From contig BTUM01000002.1 of the NCBI GenBank assembly GCA_045863235.1, positions 64,001-128,000 of the forward strand: a DNA stretch of 64,000 nt, read 5' to 3'. Shown one piece after another: positions 37,723 to 47,413 of the stretch. The notes beneath the pieces are model-generated. The model saw only the letters and a program-made list of their open reading frames with translations. It was not told the DNA's origin and did not search any database. This DNA is from Candidatus Xenobia bacterium (GTDB taxonomy: Bacteria > Vulcanimicrobiota > Xenobia > Xenobiales > QWHO01). The translations under genes and the position numbers were made by a program. The stretch's first letter is position 1; each line of letters opens with the position of its first letter.

Positions 37723-39107
37723 TCGACCTCGACCACTTTCAGCTTGAGCCGGCCCACCAGGTTGATCCAGGCCAGATCGCGGGGGTCATTGTTGAGCTTG
37801 ATGTGGGTGCCATCCACGGGAAGCTCGTCCCAGGTCGGGTCCACGCTGACCCAGTGGTGAGCGTCGTGGAACTCGGCCCAGGCGTGCCAGGCGAACCCCC
37901 CGTCCCGGGCGTAGGCCAGACCTCCCACCTCGCGGGCCGGAATGCCCGCCGCCCTGAGGAGTGCGACCAGGAGCAGGGAGTGCTCGGTGCAGTCGCCGGC
38001 CCGGTTGTGCAGCACGTCATGAGCCGTGAATGCGTTGCTAGCTCCCGTCTTCTCCAGCCGGTGGAACACCCACGACTTGAGGCGCTCAGCCTGCTCACGG
38101 GGCTCCGAGCCGCGCCCGTGTCGCCTGGCCAGCTCTCGCATCTTCGAATCGACCTGAATCTCGGGGGTGGAAGCGAGGTAGCGTGTGCGCTCGTCGGCTG
38201 TCAGCGATCGGCCCATGTCGGTGGGTAAGTCCTCGCCGGTCACCAGCAGCAAGCGCTGATCCTCGCGCCGAAGGCGCTGACGGTGCGACTCGGGCAGGGG
38301 GAAGTCGTCCAGGCCTTCCACCTCCATCGTCAGGCCCCGTACCGTGCGGGCCTCGCCCAGCTCGCGGCCACCCTGCACCATCATCAAGTCCAGCATCTCT
38401 CGCGGGGGATCGAGCTGGCGGGCTTGAGCTTCCCCCTCGGCCCGCAGCTCCACTCCCGTGCCGATGCTGACGCGCTCGGCCGAACCATCGGGACGGGCCA
38501 GCATCTCTCCCCGGGCGCCCTGCTGGGTCAACTGCAGCAGGAAAAACGGGGGCTGGCTCTCTCGAAACGTCAGGCGAGTCTCGCTGTCGCACTCCTGGGC
38601 ACTCCAGTCGCAGGACCAGTCGGAGAACTGATCTCCGGGCCGAGCACCAGCCAGCCACCGTTCCAACCTCTGGCTTTCGGCCAGGTTGTCGCGCACCTCT
38701 TCAATGGTACGAATGGTCTCGCCCGCCGGGCTGTAACGCTCGATCCGCAATCCGTCGGCGCGGCGCTGCACCTGAATGGTGCTTTCCTGGCCGTCCTCGA
38801 GAGACCACTCCTGGCAGGCCAGGACGGGTCCCTCCCCCGTCAGGGCGTAATAGGTGACGCTCTTGCCGTGACTGACGGTGCGCTCGCCCATCATGAGCAT
38901 CTCGGTCCAGTCTTCCTCCGAGGACACGGCCACCGGCTGGCCCAGATAGTTGCCCGGACGCGACTCGACCAGGCTCCACCCAACCTTCTGGCCCAGCATG
39001 TAGACCCCATAGGCCTGCCGCCCGGCCGTGCGCTGGACGAACTGAGCCAGCGACTCGGTCTCGGTCCCGGCCAGGGCGGCCGAGACCGTCAGGACGAGGG
39101 AGAGCAC
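37713..39107 (-). CDS. Exported transglutaminase-like protein
   Basis: GDCTEHS, HAWAE and WVSVDPTW, with a hydrophobic N-terminus. Start estimated. Confidence 0.85.
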   Translation of the reverse strand: MLSLVLTVSAALAGTETESLAQFVQRTAGRQAYGVYMLGQKVGWSLVESRPGNYLGQPVAVSSEEDWTEMLMMGERTVSHGKSVTYYALTGEGPVLACQEWSLEDGQESTIQVQRRADGLRIERYSPAGETIRTIEEVRDNLAESQRLERWLAGARPGDQFSDWSCDWSAQECDSETRLTFRESQPPFFLLQLTQQGARGEMLARPDGSAERVSIGTGVELRAEGEAQARQLDPPREMLDLMMVQGGRELGEARTVRGLTMEVEGLDDFPLPESHRQRLRREDQRLLLVTGEDLPTDMGRSLTADERTRYLASTPEIQVDSKMRELARRHGRGSEPREQAERLKSWVFHRLEKTGASNAFTAHDVLHNRAGDCTEHSLLLVALLRAAGIPAREVGGLAYARDGGFAWHAWAEFHDAHHWVSVDPTWDELPVDGTHIKLNNDPRDLAWINLVGRLKLKVVEVDYF

Positions 39108-39284
39108 GACCGCTTCCCCATACCCCCCTGGCACGATTGCCCAACGGGGAGTCTGGCGGGGTTCGGTCCGAGACCACAGTGAGGTTTGTGGCCAGCGCAG
39201 CACCCGATCCTCTTCCCCAGGACCTGGTGGAAGCCTGCGCCGAAGACGACATTACCTGTCGTTCGACCCGGCTACACTCGACTC

Positions 39285-42284
39285 ATGGAGCTGCTTGATG
39301 AACGTCCCGACCTGGCCCTCGGAACCCTGCCGGCACTGGTCATGAACGATCCCTTCCTGGCCCAACTGGCCGACCTTTGCGCGCATGAGCCAGGTGCGCC
39401 CAAATGGGTGATCGTGCCCTCCCCGGCGGTCGGCTGGACGCTGGCCGAGCGGCTGGCCCTGAGCGGAGTCGCCTGGGCCAACCTCCGCTTTGCGACCATG
39501 CACGACCTGGCTCGCGATCTGGCCGCTCCTCACCTGTTGGAAGCCGGCCTCGACCCGGTGCCGGACGGTCTCTCCGCCTCGCTGCTGCTCCGCCTGTTGC
39601 TGGATCTGAGCGATGCCGAGGAGGGATACTTTCGTCCGCTGGCCGAGCAACCGCGCATGGCGGACAGCCTCTGGGCCTCATTGCTCGAGCTGCGGCTGGA
39701 AGGCTTCCAGGCCGAGAGCTTTCCCTTCGAGCAGCTCAAGCCGCCTCGAAAGGCGGCCGAGCTCCGCACTTTGCTGCTGGCTTACGAAGACTACCTGGGC
39801 CAGCACCGCCTGGCTGATCAGGCCGATCTGTATCGGGCGGCCGTCCAGCGGGTCGCCGAGGCCCCCATGGCCGACACCGACCCCCTGCTCGTCCTCCCGG
39901 GGCTCCGGCTACCCCGTCTGGCGCGGAAGTTGCTCTCATGCCTGCCTGGTCGGCGCCTGCCCGGTCGTCGACCCGAGCTGCCGGGCTGGGACCTGCCCTC
40001 CGGCTGGCCGGCCGACCAGGAGGTCGCCGGAGGCGCGAGTTTGCGCTGGCTCACCCGGCCCGTCCAGGTCCCCGGGGTCCAGACCCTGGCCGCCGGCGGA
40101 CGCGACGCCGAGTTGGAGGAAGTCTTCCGGCGGGTGCTCGAGCAGGGAATTCCGCTCGACCAGGTGGAGCTGGTGGCCTCTCAGCCCGAGCTGCGCCTCG
40201 AGCTTTGGGAGAAGGCCTGTCGTCTGGGCCTGCCCGTCTGCCTGTCCGATGGCCTGCCGGCAGCCCGCACCCGGGACGGGCGGGCCGTTCTGGGCCTGCT
40301 CTCCTGGATCGAGAGCGATTTCTCGGCCAGCCAGCTGCGCTCGCTGATCCTGGCGGGCGACCTGGTGCCGCCTGACGGTCTGGTCAACGGGGCGGTGGCT
40401 TCGATCCTCGCGCATTCGCACCTGACCTGGGGCCGCGAGACCTATCGACGTGGCCTGGGGGGCGCCAGCCTGAGGTTGCGAGCCCAGGCCGAAGAGGAGC
40501 ACGACCACGCTGAGCTGCGGCTAGCCCAGGCGGAGCGGGTGGAGACCCTGCAAGGCTGGATCCAGAGGCTGCTCGACCGTCTTCCCACCGAACAGGGCAA
40601 CCAGCTCGAGTTGGGGGCACTGATCGAGGCTTTGCTTGCCCTGCAACGGCCTCAGGCCGATCCGGCCATCACCCGGGCCCTGCGAGAGCTGCTCAGTCTG
40701 GCTCCTTTCTGGCGCCCACGGGCCCAGATCCTGCGGCTGGTGCGCGAGCGGCTCGAACGACTGCGCCTGGGTGCTTCCCGAACTCGGCCTGGCTGTCTCT
40801 ATGTGACCGGTCTGCAAGGCGCCGGCCGCTCAGGGCGGCGTTACCTTTCTTTGCTCGGATTGGAGGAAGGGCGGGTCTTCAGCCCTCCCATCGAGGATCC
40901 GGTGCTGCTCGACTGCGAGCGCTCCGCTCTGGGCCTGCCCACCTCGCTGGAGCGCATTCACGAGCAGGTCTCCGAGGTCTTGCTGGGGCTGGCCAGCTGT
41001 GAAGCCGAGCAGGTCGTCTTCAGCTACTCGGTGCGCGATCTGCGCGAGAATCGCGAGACGGTCTCTTCCTGGCTCTTCAAACAGGCCCTGCGCCTGGAGC
41101 GCGGTCCCGAGGCCGATTCGCAAGAGCCCGACCCCGTCACGGTGGTGGCCACCAGGGCCGGCTCGGCACCCTCGGTCAGCTCGTGGTGGCTGGCCCGGCT
41201 GGTCCCCACGGGCCCGGCGGCGGCCCGCTGGGTCTTGCAGGCCTATCCCTGGCTGGCCCGAGGCCAGAGGGCGGTCCAGGCTCGGGAAAGCGCGCTTTTC
41301 ACCGAGTATGACGGCCTGGTCATTCAGGCCAGCGAGCTGGATCCCCGTCGCACCGGCCGGCCTGTCTCGGCTACCGCGCTCGAGACCCTGGCTGCCTGCC
41401 CCTTCCGCTGGTTCCTCGAGCGAGCTCTGGGCCTGACTCGCCGCGAGCTCGTCTCACCCAACCCCGACCAGTGGCTGGACGCGCTCTTGCGGGGTAGCCT
41501 CATGCACGACCTTCTGGCGCTCTTCTTGCGGCGCTTGCGCTCGGCCGGTCAACGCCCGAGCCGGCGCGAGCACGAGCAAGAGCTGCTGGATCTGCTCGAG
41601 AGGAGGCTCCAGGAGCTGCGCAAGCGCATTCCGCCGGTGTCTGAAGCTCTCTATGAAGAGGAGGCCGAAGGCCTGCGCATCGATCTGGGCAAGTTTCTGG
41701 ACCACGAGGAGCGATTGACGGGACACACACCGGTGGCACTCGAGGTTACCTTCGGTATGACCGACAACGAAGGCGAGCCCCTGGATCGGGCCGAGCCAGT
41801 CAGCCTCGAGCTCGGTCCATCGGGAGTGCTCAACCTGCGCGGTCGCATCGACCGGATCGACCGGCTGGCGGACGGAACCTACCAGGTGATCGACTACAAG
41901 ACCGGGGCCCGCCCCCCGCACCCGGCTCGGGCCGTCTTCGCTTTCGGCCGTCAGCTTCAGCACGCCCTCTACGCCCTGGTAGCCGAAGAGCTCCTGGGCG
42001 GCCGGGTCAGCTCGGGAGCCTACTTCTTCCCCTCGATTCGAGCCGCCGAGGATCACTTCCACATCGAGAGGCCCGATCAGAAGCAACTCTTTGAACTGAT
42101 CGGCGAGTTGCTGGCCATCGTGGAAGGGGGGGCCTTCGTGCATACCCCCGACCCGAACCACTGCCGCTGGTGCGATTTTCGGGCAGCCTGCCACCACCAG
42201 ACCGAGCGTCACGCCCAGGTCAAGCTCGAGAACAGGGCCAATGAGATGCTCGAGCCCTATCGCAGGCTGCGCGCCTACCCCTGA
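39285..42284 (+). CDS. AddB/RexB-like protein: inactive helicase fold plus PD-(D/E)xK nuclease with Fe-S cysteines
   Basis: SATALETLAACPFRWF, RGRIDRID, VIDYKTG, QHALY and CRWCDFRAAC. TACACT lies 6 nt before ATG 39285. Confidence 0.85.
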   Translation: MELLDERPDLALGTLPALVMNDPFLAQLADLCAHEPGAPKWVIVPSPAVGWTLAERLALSGVAWANLRFATMHDLARDLAAPHLLEAGLDPVPDGLSASLLLRLLLDLSDAEEGYFRPLAEQPRMADSLWASLLELRLEGFQAESFPFEQLKPPRKAAELRTLLLAYEDYLGQHRLADQADLYRAAVQRVAEAPMADTDPLLVLPGLRLPRLARKLLSCLPGRRLPGRRPELPGWDLPSGWPADQEVAGGASLRWLTRPVQVPGVQTLAAGGRDAELEEVFRRVLEQGIPLDQVELVASQPELRLELWEKACRLGLPVCLSDGLPAARTRDGRAVLGLLSWIESDFSASQLRSLILAGDLVPPDGLVNGAVASILAHSHLTWGRETYRRGLGGASLRLRAQAEEEHDHAELRLAQAERVETLQGWIQRLLDRLPTEQGNQLELGALIEALLALQRPQADPAITRALRELLSLAPFWRPRAQILRLVRERLERLRLGASRTRPGCLYVTGLQGAGRSGRRYLSLLGLEEGRVFSPPIEDPVLLDCERSALGLPTSLERIHEQVSEVLLGLASCEAEQVVFSYSVRDLRENRETVSSWLFKQALRLERGPEADSQEPDPVTVVATRAGSAPSVSSWWLARLVPTGPAAARWVLQAYPWLARGQRAVQARESALFTEYDGLVIQASELDPRRTGRPVSATALETLAACPFRWFLERALGLTRRELVSPNPDQWLDALLRGSLMHDLLALFLRRLRSAGQRPSRREHEQELLDLLERRLQELRKRIPPVSEALYEEEAEGLRIDLGKFLDHEERLTGHTPVALEVTFGMTDNEGEPLDRAEPVSLELGPSGVLNLRGRIDRIDRLADGTYQVIDYKTGARPPHPARAVFAFGRQLQHALYALVAEELLGGRVSSGAYFFPSIRAAEDHFHIERPDQKQLFELIGELLAIVEGGAFVHTPDPNHCRWCDFRAACHHQTERHAQVKLENRANEMLEPYRRLRAYP

Positions 42285-43459
42285 CCCAACAAGCTCTTGC
42301 CTACCGGAGGCGGCTCCACCCCGAACACCTCGGCCAGAGTCGCCCCGATGTCGGCAAAGGTCTCTCGAATGCCGTAATCGCGTCCTCCCGCGAGCGAGGG
42401 ACAAAAGAGCAGCAGGGGAGCATACTCACGGCTGTGGTCGGTGGAGGGGGTGGTAGGATCGTTGCCGTGGTCGGCGGTCACGATCAGCAAGTCTTGCGGA
42501 CCCAACCGGTTGAGAATCTCGCCCAGGTAGCCATCGAAGGTCTCCAGGGCGGCGGCAAAGCCGGGGCAGTCATTGCGATGTCCGTAGAGCATGTCGAAGT
42601 CTTCGAAGTTCACGAACAGAAAGCCCAGATCGCTGCGGTCGGTCAGCGCCTCGAGAGTCGCCTGATAGTGATCTTCGTTGGACTGGGTGCGGCGAGCGAA
42701 GGAGAATCCGCGGCCATCGAACAGCTCGGGGACCACACCGATGCCACCCACCTTGACCCCGGCCGCGGCCAGACGGTCGATGACATTCTCGGGTGGCGAG
42801 AGGGGAAAATCCTTACGGCGCTCGGTGCGCCGATAGCCCCCCTCAGCCGTCCCTTCGAAGGGGCGTGCGATGACGCGCTGCACCGAGTGCTCCCCCTTGA
42901 GGAGGCCGCGGGCGATCCGGCAAAGCTCGTAGAGGCGCTCGATGGGAACCACTGCCTCATGGCAGGCGATCTGAAAGACGCTGTCAGCGCTGGTATAGAC
43001 GATGGGATGGCCGGTGGCCTGGTGCTCCGGGCCAAGACGCTTGAGGATCTCGGTGCCCGAGGCAGCGCAGTTGCCCAGCACCGGAGAGCCGATTGCCGCG
43101 CAAAAAGGCTCGATCACCTCGGGCGGAAAGCCCTGTGGGTAGGTGGGGAAGGGGCTCGTGGTCACGACTCCCATCATCTCCCAGTGGCCGGTGACGGTGT
43201 CCTTTCCGCCCAGCGAGCGCTCGGTCAATCGGCCGTAGGAGCCGCGAGGGTGCTCGACCGGCAGGGCCCCGGGCAGAGCCAGGAAGTTCCCCAATCCCAA
43301 CGAGCGCAAGGTCGGAATGCGCAAACCGCCCACCTTCCGGGCCAGGTGAACCAGGGTATCTCCAGCATTCTCTCCCACGTCGCCAAAAAGCTCGGCGTCA
43401 GGCGCCGTGCCGGCCCCACAGCCGTCCATCACGATAACGAGCACTCGTTGCAGCTTCAT
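42275..43459 (-). CDS. deoB: Phosphopentomutase
   Basis: VMDGCG, GKDTVTGHWE, YTSADSVFQIA, RVIARPF, DMLYGHR and TADHGNDP. Confidence 0.95.
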   Translation of the reverse strand: MKLQRVLVIVMDGCGAGTAPDAELFGDVGENAGDTLVHLARKVGGLRIPTLRSLGLGNFLALPGALPVEHPRGSYGRLTERSLGGKDTVTGHWEMMGVVTTSPFPTYPQGFPPEVIEPFCAAIGSPVLGNCAASGTEILKRLGPEHQATGHPIVYTSADSVFQIACHEAVVPIERLYELCRIARGLLKGEHSVQRVIARPFEGTAEGGYRRTERRKDFPLSPPENVIDRLAAAGVKVGGIGVVPELFDGRGFSFARRTQSNEDHYQATLEALTDRSDLGFLFVNFEDFDMLYGHRNDCPGFAAALETFDGYLGEILNRLGPQDLLIVTADHGNDPTTPSTDHSREYAPLLLFCPSLAGGRDYGIRETFADIGATLAEVFGVEPPPVGKSLLGQG

Positions 43460-43557
43460 CCGGGTCCCTTCCCGCCCCCTGCAGACGGATCCTGGGAAGG
43501 CAAGATCGGGTCCAAGAGGGAATGCAGGCTCTTCACTTTCATTGTCGGAGGTTTCTC

Positions 43558-44760
43558 GTGGCCGATCGCAAGGTAACCTTTCTCTGCATGGCGAGCTTTT
43601 TCAAAGGCACCGCCTTCATCGAGGAGTGCCGCGCCCTCGGCTGCAACACCTTGCTGTTGACCAACGAGCACCTCAAGGAGAAACCCTGGCCCTGGCAGGC
43701 CATCGACGAGCGTTTCTTCATGCACGACATCTATCGCCAGCCCGATGTCACCAGGGCGGTCAGCTATCTGGCCCGCACCCGCGAGATCGATCGCATCGTG
43801 CCCCTGGACGACTTTGACGTCGAGGTAGCGGCCTCGCTGCGCGAGCACCTGCGCTCTCCCGGGATGGGCGACACAACCGCCCGATTCTTCCGCGACAAGC
43901 TGGCCATGCGGGTGCAGGCTCGGGACGAAGGAATTCCGGTTCCCGAGTTCGTGCACGTGCTCAATCACAAGCAGATCGACGAGTTCAGCCGCAAAGTGCC
44001 CGGGCCCTGGATGCTCAAACCCCGAAGCCAGGCGGGAGCGGTTGGCATCAAGAAGATTCACAGCGCAGAAGAGCTGTGGCGTCGGGTCCACGAGTTGGGC
44101 GACGAGCAATCCTACCACCTGCTCGAGCGCTGCGTGGCAGGCGACGTGTTCCACGTCGATTCGATCGTCTACGACAAGAAAGTGCTCTTCCAGGTCGCCT
44201 CGCGCTACGGGACCCCGCCCTTCAACATCTGGAACGAAGGAGGGGTGTTCCTCAGCCACACCGTGAACCCCAAGAGCTCACTCAATCGCGAGCTGCTGGC
44301 ACTCAACGAGAAGCTGATCAAGGCCATGCGGCTGGTGCGAGGAGTCACCCACGCCGAGTTCATCAAGGGCCATGACGGCCAACTGTACTTCCTGGAGCTG
44401 GCTGCCAGGGTTGGCGGCGCCAACATCGACCGGCTGGTGGAAGAGGCCTCGGGGTTCAACCTCTGGCGCGAGTGGGCCCGCCTGGAATACGCCTACTGCG
44501 TCAAAAAGCCCTATGAGCTTCCCAAGCCCAAGAACCTGCACGCGGGGCTCTTGATCTGCCTGTCACGAGCCGAGAAGCCCGATCTGTCCCGGTTCAACGC
44601 GCCCGAGGTCGTCTGGCGCCACGCCGAGGATCATCATGCCGGACTGGTTGTGGCAGGCAAGGATTATGATCGGGTCAACGAGCTCCTGGGACGCTATCAA
44701 CATCAGCTCACCAAAGAGATTCTGGCCGTTCAGCCCCCGACCGACAAAGCGATTCATTGA
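43558..44760 (+). CDS. ATP-grasp domain protein
   Basis: GGAGG RBS, FRDKLAMR, MLKPRSQAG, HAEFI and FLELAARVGG. Confidence 0.88.
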   Translation: MADRKVTFLCMASFFKGTAFIEECRALGCNTLLLTNEHLKEKPWPWQAIDERFFMHDIYRQPDVTRAVSYLARTREIDRIVPLDDFDVEVAASLREHLRSPGMGDTTARFFRDKLAMRVQARDEGIPVPEFVHVLNHKQIDEFSRKVPGPWMLKPRSQAGAVGIKKIHSAEELWRRVHELGDEQSYHLLERCVAGDVFHVDSIVYDKKVLFQVASRYGTPPFNIWNEGGVFLSHTVNPKSSLNRELLALNEKLIKAMRLVRGVTHAEFIKGHDGQLYFLELAARVGGANIDRLVEEASGFNLWREWARLEYAYCVKKPYELPKPKNLHAGLLICLSRAEKPDLSRFNAPEVVWRHAEDHHAGLVVAGKDYDRVNELLGRYQHQLTKEILAVQPPTDKAIH

Positions 44761-44889
44761 ATCAGACCGGGGCCGGGAACTGCGCCCCCCGTCACGGATC
44801 CTTCGAAAACCTGCTTATCGAGGCGCGCCGCAGGACGCCCGGAGCGACCCGAGAACAGTCACCGAACCTCTGACGATCCTGGAGCAAGG

Positions 44890-47406
44890 ATGTTTACGGA
44901 CGCAGCAATCCAGCGCACGAGCTCGATCCTGATCGCATTCGTCCTGACCCTATGCCTGCTGTCCATCGCCTGCGCGCTCTATGCCCGGAAGATTCAGGCC
45001 AGCGAAGTGCAGGCCCAACAAAGTCAGCGAACTGCTTTCCAGGCCACCGATCAGCTGGCTCTCAGCGACTTTCGCAGGAGCGATTCTCTGCGCGCTCTGG
45101 CTGCAACCGGAGAGGTCAGGTACCTGAGCGCTCTCGAGCGGTCGAAGACCGACCCGGCCCGGACCGAATCCATCCAGAGCTTGAAGCGGCTGGCACTGAC
45201 CTCTGAGGAGCAACGGCTCATCACCCAGGCCGGACAGAAGGCTGACTCTCTGGCCCAGCTTGAGCAAGATGCTCTGGATGCGGTCGCGAAGAAAGACCTG
45301 GCCCGCGCCATCGCGATCGTCCACAGCCCGGAGTATGAGAGTGCCAGGGCCTCGGTGACGGAACCAATCGCGCAGTTGAGGCAAGCGCTGGACAGGCGCT
45401 CGAAAGAGCAGGTCGCCAGGCTTTCAGAAAGCTCCACTCTGCTCGGCCAACTCGCTTTGGGCACTCAAGTGCTGACCGTGCTGACGGTGCTGGTCGCCCT
45501 GGTCTTTTTTTATCAAAGGCGGGTGGTCGGCCCGGTCGTGGCTCTGAGCAGGTCCATCCAGGCCCTGGTTTCGGGTCAGAGCGCCACTGACATCGGCTAC
45601 CAGCGGGACCGTTCGGAGATCGGGGGGCTGGCCCGAGCGATGGAGCAGCTCAGGCAGACTCAAAGAGAAGCGGAGCATCGGCGTTGGGTGGCCGCCAGTG
45701 TCACCGAGCTGACCGAAGACCTGCACGGGGCGGAGCAACCCGACGAGTTTGGCCGGCGAGCGCTCTCCCGGCTGGTCCCACTGGTAGGCGGGGGATATGG
45801 CGCCTTTCACCTGCTCGACGAGGCCGATGGGCGCTACCACCTCACAAGTGGGTATTCGATCCCACCGGGCCAGCCTGACGGAGCGAGTTTCGCCCCGGGC
45901 AGCGGGCTCGCCGGTCAGGCAGTTCTCGACCGCAAGAGCCTGGTGCTGAAAGACCTTCCCGCCGACTCTGTCAGCATCGTCTCGGGCCTGGGCCAGGCCC
46001 GGCCGCAAAGCCTGGCAATCATTCCCATCCAGACCCAGGAAAGGGTTGTTGCCGCGCTCGAGATCGCATCATTGTCCACGCTGACCCCAGAGCACGTGAC
46101 GCTGCTCGAGGAGTCAGCCGGGCGTATGGCTCTCCAGCTGGAGATCATGCAACGAAATCTGCGCACTCGCACTTTGCTCGAGCAGGTGCGGCTGAGCGAC
46201 GAGCGCACCCGGCTGCTGCTCGATTCCACCAGTGAAGGAATCTTTGGCGTCGACATCGAGGGGCGTATCGACTTCGTCAATGCCGCTGCCTGCGACTTGC
46301 TCGGCCACACTGCCCGGGAGATGCTCGGTCAGGGCTCTCACGCTCTCATGCACCACCATCATGAGGATGGCAGCGAGTATCCGGTCCACGAGTGTCCCAT
46401 GTATGCCGCCTACACCCGCGGCGAAGCCAGCCGCGTCGACAATGAAGTTCTGTGGCGAAAGGACGGCACCAGCTTCCCGGTCGAGTATGGGGCCACGCCG
46501 ATCCGCAAGGAAAATTCGCTCTGCGGCGCCGTGGTCAGCTTTACCGATATCACCGAACGCAAGCGGATGGAGAAAGAACTGCGCCATCAGTTCTTCTTAT
46601 CCGATTGCGCGCTTGACCTGACCCGGGCAGGTCACTGGCACGTACCCCTGGACGGCTCCGGATGGTACAACTCCTCCGAGCGAGCTGCTCGCATCTTCGG
46701 CGATCTTCCAAGCCCCGGCTACCGTTACCGGGTTGACGAGTGGGCCGCCCACGTGTTTGAAGGCGACGAGGCTGCCGCCAAATTGACGATGGAGAACTTC
46801 AATGCGGCCGTGGCCGGGACGATTCCCGTCTATGACGCTATCTACGCTTACAAACGCCCGTTGGACGGCGAGATCGTATGGATTCACGCCCTGGGCCACG
46901 TGGTCAAAGATTCCGATGGTAAGCCCACCGACATGTACGGGGTGACGCAAGACATCACTCGAATCAAACGAGCCGAGTTCGAGCTCAAAGCAACCGAAGA
47001 ATTCTACCGCAGCGTGCTCGAGGGCGCGCCGGACGGCTTGATGGTGGTGGACCAACAGGGCGTGATCCGGCTGGCCAACCTCCAGAGCGAAAGACTTTTC
47101 GGCTACGAACCTGGGGAGTTGGTCGGCCTGCCGGTGGAGCGCCTGGTTCCGCACGAGGCTCAAGCCGCGCACCCGGGGCTGGTCCAAAGCTTCTTTCGAG
47201 ACCTGAAAGCCCGCGAGATGGGCTCAGGGCGCGAGCTCAGAGGACTGCGCAAGGACGGAACCACATTTCTGGTGGAGATCGGACTGAGCCCCCTGCCGGT
47301 CCATTCAGGAAGGGGGCAACAGGTGGCCGTTTCGATCCGTGACGTGAGCCACAAGAGAGCGTTTGTCGCCAGAGCAGCGAGTTCGGGGCAAGAACCCGGC
47401 GCCTGA
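44890..47406 (+). CDS. Membrane sensor (TM-periplasmic-TM-HAMP-GAF-3xPAS) with no output domain
   Basis: Two TMs, HAMP (SEIGGLARAM), GAF (GSGLAGQAV) and PAS units ending DITERK, DITRIK and DVSHKR. No kinase, GGDEF or MCP motif. Confidence 0.85.
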   Translation: MFTDAAIQRTSSILIAFVLTLCLLSIACALYARKIQASEVQAQQSQRTAFQATDQLALSDFRRSDSLRALAATGEVRYLSALERSKTDPARTESIQSLKRLALTSEEQRLITQAGQKADSLAQLEQDALDAVAKKDLARAIAIVHSPEYESARASVTEPIAQLRQALDRRSKEQVARLSESSTLLGQLALGTQVLTVLTVLVALVFFYQRRVVGPVVALSRSIQALVSGQSATDIGYQRDRSEIGGLARAMEQLRQTQREAEHRRWVAASVTELTEDLHGAEQPDEFGRRALSRLVPLVGGGYGAFHLLDEADGRYHLTSGYSIPPGQPDGASFAPGSGLAGQAVLDRKSLVLKDLPADSVSIVSGLGQARPQSLAIIPIQTQERVVAALEIASLSTLTPEHVTLLEESAGRMALQLEIMQRNLRTRTLLEQVRLSDERTRLLLDSTSEGIFGVDIEGRIDFVNAAACDLLGHTAREMLGQGSHALMHHHHEDGSEYPVHECPMYAAYTRGEASRVDNEVLWRKDGTSFPVEYGATPIRKENSLCGAVVSFTDITERKRMEKELRHQFFLSDCALDLTRAGHWHVPLDGSGWYNSSERAARIFGDLPSPGYRYRVDEWAAHVFEGDEAAAKLTMENFNAAVAGTIPVYDAIYAYKRPLDGEIVWIHALGHVVKDSDGKPTDMYGVTQDITRIKRAEFELKATEEFYRSVLEGAPDGLMVVDQQGVIRLANLQSERLFGYEPGELVGLPVERLVPHEAQAAHPGLVQSFFRDLKAREMGSGRELRGLRKDGTTFLVEIGLSPLPVHSGRGQQVAVSIRDVSHKRAFVARAASSGQEPGA

Positions 47407-47413
47407 ATTCACA

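Noticed and set aside
43558..44760. ATP-grasp enzyme as a possible RiPP or peptide-ligase cluster
   Set aside because: No precursor peptide, transporter or tailoring gene is adjacent.
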